From positions 186,001 through 250,000 of the forward strand of contig LSRY02000044.1 of assembly GCA_001643675.2 (NCBI GenBank): DNA of 64,000 bases. The letters are read 5' to 3'. A program made the translations under genes and the position numbers. This stretch comes from Monocercomonoides exilis PA203. Its lineage: Eukaryota > Protista > Preaxostyla. Positions 49,283 to 61,100 of this stretch are shown here, piece by piece. Position 1 is the first letter of the stretch. Every line of letters starts with the position of its first letter. The notes under the pieces are model-generated. The model was not told where the DNA came from. It did not search any database and worked only from the letters and a program-made list of their open reading frames with translations.

Positions 49283-52200
49283 GGGTGATTTTTTTTGATA
49301 TCATAAAAAAAGATCAAAAATCGAAAAAATAAATTCTATTATGGTATTTATTGATCAAAAGACAAATTGTTTTTTCTCCAGCATTCAGCTTTTAAAGTAT
49401 TTCATATGTTTTTTTATTCATGAATACAAAATATCATACCTTTTTTTTAAATTAATAAGTCCATATTGAACAAGATCGAACAAAAATGTGAAAAATAAAA
49501 AAATGAAACTGTTAAAGATAAATATCAAGTTTCTCAACTTTCCAAATGGCACTTATAAATAAAAAACTTTGAAATACATTATTGAAATTGTTTGTTAAAA
49601 AGATGGTTTCAATAAATAAGTATTTGAACCTTTAACTTTTGAAACCAATTGGTTTTTTTTTCTTTATTCTTTCATCGATTGAAATATCATAATAAAATAT
49701 CAGTACTTTCTTTTCGATTCAGTTGCTTCATCAAACGTTGAATGAAATACGAGGAAATCAATAATCGATGAATGAAACTGATTCAATCTCGTCTTTTTGC
49801 TCTTTATTTTTCTCATCACTTGTCCTTCCCGCTTCCTTCTCCATCCTCTCCTCATCTTTTATCCATTTCAACTCCGCTTCATAAAAATTCTCCTTTTGAA
49901 AATGTCTCTGAAGTAGCTTGATTCCTCTCCCGCACTTACCGGGTCATTATTCTCGTTCCATTCCTCGATAACTACAATTGCTTGTAAAACTCTTCTTGAA
50001 ACAAATTTTCTTTTATGCAAAGTTCTTTGGCTGCTGTGTGTGAAAGGAGGTGAGCAAAGGATGAGGAGGAAGAATAACAATCCGAGGAATTTGAGGAGGA
50101 GGAGGAGGAGGAGGAGGAAGAGAAGGAGGAGGAGGGGTTTGGGAAGGGAAGGCAGAAAGAGAGAGAGAGAGAGAGAGAAGAAGAAGAAGAAGAAGAAGAA
50201 GAAGAAGAAGAAGAAGAAGAAGAAGAAGAAGAAGAAGAAAAGGGAATGATGAAATGATAAATAAACAAGAATAAAAGCAAAAATATGAACAAGATTAAGA
50301 AGAAATTAAAGCAAATGAGGATGATGATGAAGTAGGAAATGAAGAAGAAGTGAATGAAGTTGATGTTCTTTCAAACGTAAATGTTGAGAAAACGAATGGT
50401 GTTTCGATTATTTGCCGCTGTATCCTTCTTCGATTTTTGATTTCAGGCAAAAAATATAAGCAAAGCGCGGTTAGAATCGTTTCATACTTAATCTTCCCTT
50501 TTGTTGTTTTCATCTTTTCTTTTGCACCTCTTTCTTTCTTTCATTTCTCCACTTTTTCTTTTTCTTTTTCTTTTTCTTCTTCTTCTTCTTCTTCTTCTCA
50601 TTCTTCTCATTCTTCTCTCCCTTTCCCTCCTTCTCACCACCCACCCGAATCCACTTTCTTGCCACATACGCTGCGCATTTCGCACAATTATCTGAAGGTC
50701 AAACACATCCCTCGTGTTTCGCACGCTGTAGCTCCCAAACACTCTCCCATTTTCCAATCTGCTCTTCTCAAGAATCGCATAAGGGATCGGAACAGTTACA
50801 AGTGGTGGCAGCGAGAAGGAAGAAATGGAAGAAGAAGAAGAAGAAGAAGAAGAAGAAGAAGAAGAAGAAGAAGAAGAAGGAGAAGGAGAAGGAGAAGACA
50901 TGCTCGATAAAGAGGCAGAGCTTGGGCTTGAGATGTCAAGGGACTTTTGTGTGAGTGAAGAGAAGTCTGTGGAAGGAGATGAAAATGTTAAGGGATTCAA
51001 TGGAGTTCCAACAAGAATAGAAGGTGCAGACAACTGAGCATGTGGTAAGCGAGAAAAAGAAGGAGTTGCAAATGTTGAGAAGGTTGTGATGTTTTGAGTA
51101 TGCAGCTAAGCAGATAAGAGCGTGCTGTCGAACGAGTAAAATGTCTGCTGTTGTTCATTTCTCTTTTTCTTCCCCTTCCTTTCTGCAGCTGCCTGGAAAA
51201 GCCTTATATGGATAGCATCAATTCACGAAGTTCAAAACTCACATTTCTCTCTTTTCTTCATCTTCGCCTTTGTTTCTTCATGCTTTCTCCCTTTTCATTG
51301 TTCCGCGTTCTTTGCTTCTTCCATTTGAGCACTCTCTCCTCTCTCTTCTCCTTTAGGCGGTTTCATAAAGCGAGAGGACGAACGCTATGCGCCTGCCAGC
51401 CCTTATGCATTCATAATTCACTCATTTCATCTCATTCTGCACAGCTTGCGAATAAAAGCTATTCGAATCGATGTAACAGAGCGGAGTGAGCTGCCGCAAT
51501 AAAGGAAAGTGGTTCAGATGCGCATTCAGCTATCACATAAAAGGCATCAACAGTGATGTTGCTATTGAGAGCAGGAAAACTGAACGATATAATTATTGGC
51601 ACATTTTATCACCTGGATAATTGAACAGTATTTATGAAATTGAAGGTAGATGGTCTGATTCAGCAGATAGCGAGATGAATACTACAAAGAGGAAGTAGAA
51701 AAAGGCAAAGAAGAAGGTGAAGACGAAGAACACGAAGAAGATGATGAAGGCTATGAAGACGATGTGATTGAAAAATGTGAAATCTGCCGAACGATATTTA
51801 TGAAGTTTAAAATAATTCTATTGAATTCATTGATTGGACCTAATATTGTATTTGATGAATTGATATTAGAAAGAGCTAACAATCGCCATCACAATATTTG
51901 TTGAAGGTTGACTGAAATCAATTGATGAAAATGACATCCTCCGTTCATTAACAACCTTTTTGAAAATGTTCTGCGCTTCACTGAGAAACAAAAAATGAAA
52001 ATATTTCTTAATTTCCTTTCCTTTCCATTCCCCTCTTCCATTCAGCTCACAAAATCATCAAAAAATGTCAATCCCCTCCTTTTCTTCATCTTTCCCCGTC
52101 TCTTCCAAAATATCTTCTTCTCTCATAAAAAATACCCCTCTTCCATTTGAATATTTCAGAATATTCATCTTCTTGCCCGCTTTTGACCTCTTTTCCTTTT

Positions 52201-53444
52201 TTTCAAAATCCATTTCTCCCATCAACAATAATCACCTTCCTCACCATCTCCAACCACTTCTCTATATATTTACTATATTATCTTCTCTGAATCTCCACCT
52301 GCTCTTCTCCATCCCTCCGTCTCCAAATTTCAATCAATCAAAAACCCCTCTTGAAGCATTAACTTTCAAAAAACCACTCAACTCCCATCCCCTGCCACAT
52401 CAAATATTCTTCCATCTCTTCTCTGCGCCATATCCCTCATGTGCAAGGTGTTGATGAAATAAACGAGATATATTTCTTTTGGTGGTTGAGAATATTATTA
52501 AAGGAGAAGATCATACCAAAAACAGAAAAAACACCTCTGGGCATCCACAACAATGTGTACGGGCTGAGAAGACCCTCCAGTGAGATGCACAATGTATTTT
52601 GAGGAGATGCATTCCATGTTGCAATTTGACCATTCTGAGACTGAAATGAAGAGATTGAATTTTTGAATGATGATGGCTGTGGAGATGAGTGTGTTTGTCA
52701 AAAACCAGTCGAAGTGCAGTTTGGCCTTTATTTGTTTTCTTTATATGAATATTTATCTGTTGATGTTTTTTGTGTTGTTTACAGGGCAGGAGGCGGAAAT
52801 GAATTAAAATGCATGTGAGGATGAAATCTGGTGATACAGGCTGAATATCGAGTTAAAACAGCAGATTCATTTGGAAAGCGCGCAGAATGAAGAAGTTGGA
52901 ATGGAAATTGGAGATGTTTATTTCTTACGAAGCTTATTGGATTAGAAAATAAATAAAAACCTCATTCTTTTTTAAAGGAACTGGAAATCGAAGCATTTGA
53001 GAGAGAAAAGACTTCTGGAAATGACAATTGGTGAATTGGTTTTTAAAACCGAGGAAATTGATTGACTTCATTTGTTATTTGTAGATTTCGACCAATCAAA
53101 TTTTTCTCATTTTCAATAACATCATTTATTCAAATCTTCAAAAATAATATAACTAATTAAATAAAGATTATCATTGTGGGCATGTTATATTAAAGATTGA
53201 GCGTGCATTTTGAACTGTATTTTGAAGTTTTGATATTTTTTGGGAAATATTTTAATTATTTTTTCAAATTTTGAAATAAAAACTATTTGTTTCTAATTAA
53301 AAATGACAAATAAACAATAACAATAACAAATAAAGCAATGCTTAAATTATACGGACAATTAATTATTCTGATCAACTTTACCCTTAATGAAAAATTTTTA
53401 TGATCAAACGTCGGAATTTTTTATGATATCAAAAAAAATCACCC
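49283..53444. mobile_element. 4.16-kb element with 28-bp perfect terminal inverted repeats and a 4-bp ATCT target-site duplication; interior is gene debris
   Basis: ATCT|gggtgattttttttgatatcataaaaaa ... ttttttatgatatcaaaaaaaatcaccc|ATCT. Confidence 0.75.
50160..50240. repeat. (GA)n(GAA)n microsatellite; second (GAA)n tract at 50828-50878
   Basis: Directly visible. Confidence 0.95.
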
Positions 53445-54126
53445 ATCTCAGGAAATCAAAAAATCATCATCAATTCAAACAAATATATTAAGCACACATT
53501 TTATAGACTGGAAAAAAAAATCAACATAGAAACAAATGTCTTGATGATGAATGACAATCAATAAGTTAAACAATTTCAAAATTAGAAACAAGAAACCGTG
53601 ATTATTCAACAAACACATTAACACACAAAATTTTCACATCAAGGTTCAACGAACCATTGAAAGAAAGTTTTTATAATATTTGAATCATTTTTTTTATAAA
53701 TGACAAATGTTTGATTCTTTTCCATAAAGTGCCTCCACTATTGATACTGAGGATCTCGTTTTTCAGATTATAAATGTAAATTTATTCAATAATTGTTTTT
53801 GATTAAAAAATGGCAAAACATCAAATAATAAGTCAATCTCTAAAACACTCATCGTTTGATTTTTTTTCTCCATTTTTTTGATATTATTTTCGCATCAAGA
53901 AATATTTATTGCACCCATATTTGATTTCATTTATTTATGTAGTTTTTGTTTCAGCAGGTCGCATGAGCCCATTTGCCAATTTTCCTCTTCATTCTTCAGA
54001 GCAGAAGCTTTCAAATTACAAACAGAAAATAGAAAAAAACAAAATAAAACTGAAAAATGCTGATATTACTTGCAGCGACAGACAAACAGAGGTCAAACGC
54101 ATGTTAATGACAGCCTGTGCTTTCTC

Positions 54127-54127
<1 letters not shown>

Positions 54128-54165
<38 letters not shown>

Positions 54166-54420
54166 AGAGAGAGAGATGCAGATGCTTTCCAAAACTATTC
54201 CAATTCTGCTGCTGAGCTTTGTGTTGCACACCAAACAGCACAACCCCTTCGCCAACTGCAAACAAGATGTTTGCACTGCTGCCAATGCCAATGCTCTTCT
54301 TTCTGCCTCTTTCTTCCCATTCTCTTCCCATTCTCTTCTTTTTGCATCTTCTTCTGCTTCTTCTGCTCGCACAATCGGTGGGTGTCTTCAATGCCGTCTC
54401 CATCTGCCTTCCCTCTTGTC

Positions 54421-54514
<94 letters not shown>
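54128..54514. repeat. A35(GA)7 and (CT)26-G-T31 simple repeats in mutually complementary order
   Basis: 54128-54176 and 54431-54514. Confidence 0.9.
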
Positions 54515-54515
<1 letters not shown>

Positions 54516-55194
54516 TTCTCTTCTGCTTTCTTTCCCCTTCCACTCACTTGCCTCTTCTTTTGCCTTTGCCTTTGCCTTTGTCTTTGACACTCATCAGAGA
54601 AGAAAAAGAGAAATGCTTTGAAAATGCCTCCAAAACCGACTGAAACACACAGAATATCTGAATTGTTTGAGGAAAAACCCCACAAACGATGAAGAAGAGG
54701 AAGAAGAGGAGGAAGAGGAAGAAGAAAACCTCAAACACTTTTCGAGTGTTCTCTGTCATCCCATCAGAATTGTGGCTGTCTTTCTTCTCCTCTTCATCCG
54801 ACTCCTTCTCATTTGCTGCACTTCCTCCTTTTATTCATCACACTTTCTGTTAAATCTGATGAATTCTCTGTGTTTTCTGATGTTTTGCAGAAGAACGAGG
54901 GAAGAGAAACACTTTCTGATTGCATTGGCTTTGCCAGCATCTGAGAAGAAGAAGAGAAAGAAGGAGAAGGAGAAGGAGACGAAGAAGATGATGAAACGAT
55001 ATTAACATAAATGAGGATGATGAAGATGAAGATGAAGATGATTGTGGAGTGTGTGATTGAAGATTTATTGGGACACACACCAAAACAAGAACAGCAGCGC
55101 AGATGAAAGAAGAAAGCAACTGAAAATGGCTGTGGCCTCAAGGAATTGATGTGCAACTGCCAATGAGAAGCACCACGATGAAAAATGTTGTTTC

Positions 55195-58100
55195 TTTCTG
55201 TTTCCTATTTCCTCTTCTCAGCAGCTCAATCACAAAAGGAATGACTTAAATTCTCATCGATCAACCAGATAAGCATCCCTTTTGGTGCTTTTCTGATACA
55301 GCATATGATGATGAAGAAGGTTGTGTACGGAGGATGACGATGATATTTGAGGTATTCTGGAAGAAGAAGTAATCCTTTTCCTTTCAATCATGCCTTTGTC
55401 GCTTCTGAGTAGGTTGTAAATGAATGCTAATCCATTTCCTCTTCCAAAGCGTTGATGATGAACGATGATCCAGAAAAGTTCGAAAGAATTGTTTCAATGA
55501 TATCTTCTCCATTATTTGTATCCATAATCATCAATGCTGCTTGTTCTTTTATTCTTCAATTGCATTCCAATTTGCAATAGCCTTCAACCTGATTTTTCCT
55601 CTCATTTTCCTTTTCAATCTCTTTCTTCAAAAGAAATTCTCCCTGCAAACTGAAATTATCAGTTATTTCTCTAATGAATTTCATATTCGTATCATATGAG
55701 AAAATTAAAATAAAAAATTGTATTTTAATGAAAATATTCGAATAAAACAGAGTTTGTCTCATACCAATCGCTCATTGCATCCTTTTTCTGAAACCTCTTT
55801 GCCTCAACAAAAAACATACAATTTCACTCATTTCGCATTTTCGCCTTTTTTCTTTGAACTGAAATTCCATCTCTATCTGTGAGAAAAACACATCAAAAAC
55901 CCAACCCAAATGCTCGTATAACCTTGTTCCATGCATCCCATCCCTTTTGCGAAACGTGTCCATTTCAGCCAATCGAGGCAAAAACAATCATTTCTTTCAA
56001 AACATCGAAAATCGCTTCAAATAAAAATATCACAAAAATTTCACCAAAAGACATACATTAATATGTGGTGCAGAGTCACAAAACTTCCATCGCTCATACC
56101 TCTTCCATTCTTCTGTGAAACCAATCTTCACATCATTCATTTCTTTCCCAATTGCCTTTTCTCATGAAAATACAGCCAACGTAATTATATGCTCTAAATC
56201 ATATGTTGTTCCATCTCAGAGGCAGATATCGCTGGACGGAGAGTGACGGCTGAAATATCAGACGATCATCAAAAATGGATGATTCATTCTCTATTATTCA
56301 TCGGATCATAAATAAATGTTGAAAAACAACAAAGGAGAATATTTATTTTAATTATAATACAATATTTATCAAAAGTTTAATAATATTTTTTTTTGTTGAA
56401 GTGCCCATATTAGTCTGCAATAGAAAAAAGAAAAGAAAGCAGTTGGAGAGGCATGGTTATGTTGCTGTCAGGAATATTATATTGTGTGTGGATAATTAGT
56501 GTGGGGTGCGTGTGCAAGAGTGCCACAAGTGGTGGAGCAGGATTTGTTGAGGAATCAGCGAAAGAAGGAGAATTGGGTTATTCTGAAGGCACATGGCGAG
56601 AGAAGGCTCAAAACAACAAAATTGGAGATGGCCATTTATTTGACACACATATTGAAGGAAAAGAAGGTGGAGCGAGAGAGTCCTCGAAAGAAGAGAGAAT
56701 GATGAAGAAATACACAAAACAATGGAATGGGAGAAGTGGAAAGGTTGGGAAAGCTGAAAAATGGGGTTTTTGTGAAGAGTGGAAAATGTGGGGAAAGGAG
56801 GGTATGTGCGGTGGGAGTGGGGTTGAGGGAAGTGTTGTTGGGGTCAATTCATCACTGAAACTGAATTCATTGGGATTGAGGGAAATGGGTGGGGAGAGTG
56901 TGCTCAGGGCATCAGATGGAAGTTCTGTTGATGTGAGTGGATGTGTGATTGGAGTTGAGAGAGAGACACCCCCCTTTGATTTGTGTGGGAGCTGTGGATT
57001 GTTCACCAACATTTCACTCAGATCGTCTTCAACTTCAACTTCAACCTCGACTGAACAGATATTTCCTCCACTTTTCTCTTCAAAAGCAGTGGAAGGAGAG
57101 ATTCCAGAGAAATGCCACATTTCTGTTTGTTCTTCCCATTTCTCTTCTTTTTGTGTGTCTTCAGCTCCGTTCATCTCATCGCACTTTGTATCCCTTTCCC
57201 AATTAGAATTCTTCAACATCTCCACAAATCCATTGAAAACAAGGCAACTGGCTGAAGGACTGGGCCAAAGAGTGTTTCTGATGAGTGGGTGCACATTTTC
57301 ATCGGTGTGGGATGTTTATGATGGTGGCATTGTCCCCTCGCTCAACAGCCCCTCATCTTCATTGGCTGCCTCGAACACCTCGTTTGTCAGGTGCTATCGC
57401 ACTCAGAATGTTGCAATCAGCGGGAGTGAAGGGAATCCATCGAAACCAGCGAGACAGCAGATTACAGACGATGGGACGAATTCGTTCACTTGGTGTGTGT
57501 GGAATGGGTCAAAAACCACTGGAACAGGAACTTCTTATTCAGATGGAACTTCAAATGGTGGAGCGATTTACATGTATAACAAGGCATCTGGAACTCTTTC
57601 AGTGAAGTTTTGTTCGTTTAACGATTGCTATGCATATTGTGCTGGGGGAGGTATTTTTTGCTATTCAATCAATTCAGTCAAGATTGAGAACAACTCGTTC
57701 AATTCTTGCACTACCAAGGAACAAGATGGAGGAGGAATATTTATCAGGTTTATTTCAACTTGCGTCAGGATAAGTGGGTGCGAGTTCCAGAAATGTTCTG
57801 CAAAATATAATGGAGGAGGACTTTATCTTTATAATTTTAATGTTTCTGGATCTTCCTGTATTGGAACAGAAAATGGGAAAGGGGAGAGTGCTTGTGTGTT
57901 TGAGTGCTTATTCACTTCATGCTCTCTTACAAATTCTTATGGCGGAGGGATGAATTGTTATGGTGTTCCAGCTGCATTCAAAATGAGGAGCCTCCAGTTC
58001 ATTTCGTGCTCGGCGGTGTCGTATGGCGGAGGGATGAGATTTTATCCATATCAATCAACACCTCCAAGCAACAACATTTATTGCTATTTCTTCTTCTTCC

Positions 58101-61100
58101 ATGATTGCAGTTGCAATGCTTCCACTCCATATGGTCATGATGTGTATTTTGAAGATCGATACAATCTCTTTTCGTCATACAACCCATTCTACGAATCGTA
58201 TACAACGAATAGCAATGAGAAGAGAGTGTACTACCAATATTATAACGGAAACAATTGGGTGTATCAGCATACAGAAAAGAAGGATTGGCTGAAGGACAAA
58301 ACAATTTATGTTTCTGTGAATGGGAATGACTTGTATGAGCAATGCGGGTCAAATGAATCAAATCCGTGTCTGACAGTGAAGAGGGCCTTTGAGGTGTGTG
58401 AGATACAAATAAGCTTGACAATCACTCTGCTGGAAGGGGATCACAAAAGAGAGGCAACAACGATTGCGATTGAGACAAAGAAGATTTCAGTTATTGGTGC
58501 AGGCAAAGAGAAGAGTTCGATTGGAACAGGAGCCCTTTCATCAACAAGAGAGCTGTTCAGCGTGTCAACAGGACATCTTGGAATGAGTCACTTGAAGGTT
58601 GATTGCAACTCAAATGCAAATCCTTCTTCTCCGAGTGTGGCTGTGGTGTCTGATGGGAGTGGGTCACTCTCGTTGGAGGATGTTGTGATCACCACGAGCA
58701 AAACAGGAGGCTATGTGATGTCGTCGTCAGTGTTTGTGGTGGCGCTGTCGCAGCTGTCGATGGTTGGTGTGGAGATCAAAGATATGAATGTCTCAAAACC
58801 ATTGTTCTCTGAGCCGGATCTCTCTTCTCCTTCTTCTTCATTATCTTCATCTTCATCAACACTTTATCTGACAGCAATAACATCAGGAGAGAGTGTTTTG
58901 GCGAATTTGACAATTCGAAATGTGAATCGTACAGGCGGAGATGGAGTGGTGATGGCAAAAAGCGTGAAGGGAGGAGAGACATTTGTGGTGTGGAATACAA
59001 CAACGAAAGGATGTGAGTGTTTGAATGGGGATGGAGGAGGGCTAAAGGTTGTGTTGGAAGAAGCATCGAGCAAGATTCTAGTTGGAGATTCAACATCACA
59101 AAGTGGAGGAACAACAACATTTAAACAGTGCAAGTGCAATGAATGTGGAGGAGGGATATTTCTTTCTTTGATGGATGCAAATGCAATGTTTGAGTTATCA
59201 GGAAATTTGATATTTGATGGAAATGAGGCAGAATTTGGAAAGAACATGTTCATTTTAGCATCTGATCTGAACAAGACCGTGACAAATGATTCATTCAACT
59301 TCGATTATTCTTCAATGAAAGATGATAACAATTTGTTTGTTGGAAGTGATGATTTTCATTCGAACAAAGATTTATTCATGTTCCTCATTCCATACAGCTC
59401 ATTTGAGATATTTATCTCATCAGAAGGATTTGATGTTGCAAGATGTGGAAGTGAGGAAGAGCCTTGCTTCACGATGTGGAAAGGGATGGAAAACATGGAA
59501 AAGGAAAATGGAAAGAAAACCATTCAAATTGAAGGATCAACAATTATTCAAGATTCATTCAACGTGTCCAATTATCAGATCAAAAAGAGTGTGAAGATGG
59601 GAGAAGAGAATGTGAAAGCAACTTTGAATTTTGAAAAGTCAATTGGAAGTCAACTGGAATATTTCATGGTGAATGATATTCATCTTGAATTGACGAATAT
59701 CCATCTGCAACTGTTAACTGGATTTGACAATTCAGCCAAAACAATTATTTCAAACAAAGAAGGAGCTTTGGTGATAAGTGGTTGCTCATTCCATTCAGAG
59801 GCAGAAGTGAACAATGGATTTGATTGTGTGTTTGTGGATGTGATTGGAGGCAGTGTGGAAGTTAATGATTTGTCGATGGAATTATGCAATGTTGGAAACA
59901 GCATTTTTGTCATTCATGATTCTGGAATAACTTGCCATTTTGTGAATGTTCGAGTGGAATCGTTGAATGAAAGTGGTGGTTGCATTTTATCAATCAAGAA
60001 ATCTGAACAAGGATTGAAGATAAATGAAGAAGGAACAAATATTGAGATTGAAAAATCATCATTTTCAGGAGTGAAAAGAAGTGACGATGGAGCAAGCATT
60101 TTGGAGTCAACAAGTGAGAAAAAGATTTGTTTGGTTGTGAATTCGAGCAACATCACAGAAGACAAGGCAGAAACAAGTGAAAAAGGAGGGGCAATATTCT
60201 TCACATTGGGTGCATCAGGATCAATGAAAATAATTGACTCAACAATCAGCCAATGCAGCTGCACAAATGGGAGAGGAGGAGGGGTGTATCTGGCAACAAA
60301 GGAAAGAGGGGATTTGAATTTCACATTTATGGGAATGAAGTTCAGTGCGAACACAGCAAGAGTGGGGAATGATATTTTCATTGAATGTTTCAACATCACA
60401 TCGCAGATCAATGAAAGACAATTTCAGTTTGATCTTCGAGAGAATCATTATTCACGAATAAATGCAATCTATGGAATTGATAGTTGTGAACACAAAGAAG
60501 ATACGAATCTGATTGAGTTTGTGACTATCCATCAGAGTGACACAATTGTTGTGAGCAGTGCGGTTGGATCGAATGACAGACAATGTGGAACAAATGCTCT
60601 TCCATGTGATTCAATTGAACGGGGTCTGATTCACTTGACATCAGAGCTGATAAGTCAAATTCTCATTGTTGAAGAGAGTGTGATTGGAGAAGAGATAAAT
60701 CTGAAGGAAATGAGTCTGAGTTCGAAGAGCAGAGAGATGTGTGAAGTTGAAGTGAAATCAAACATTGGAAAAACAAGAGAGGCATTGATAACAACAACTG
60801 GAACAGTCTCATTATTGAGAGTGAATTTTGTGTTTGATTCAGATTTCATCTCTTCCCACGAATCACTGATATCACCAGAGAGAGGGATTCTTGAAATTAT
60901 GAATTGCTCATTCACAGCAAAACAATTGACGGACGGAGTTAATGAAGCTTTTGCAATCATTCCATTTCACATCATTAATACGGCAGAAGGAGAATTACAA
61001 CTTGATGGATGTGCAATATCAAATCTCATTCTTCAAAAATCTTCAATATATCTATCATCATCACTTCCATCAGTGATTTATTTGTTTGAGATCAGCAATT

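Noticed and set aside
53909-54685. ORFs across the A, GA, CT and T tracts, and similar ORFs at 10207-10644 and 49972-51037
   Set aside because: Open only because microsatellites lack stop codons.
57470-58291. Diversity-generating retroelement variable region
   Set aside because: Differences between copies include many synonymous, non-adenine changes; no template repeat or reverse transcriptase was seen.
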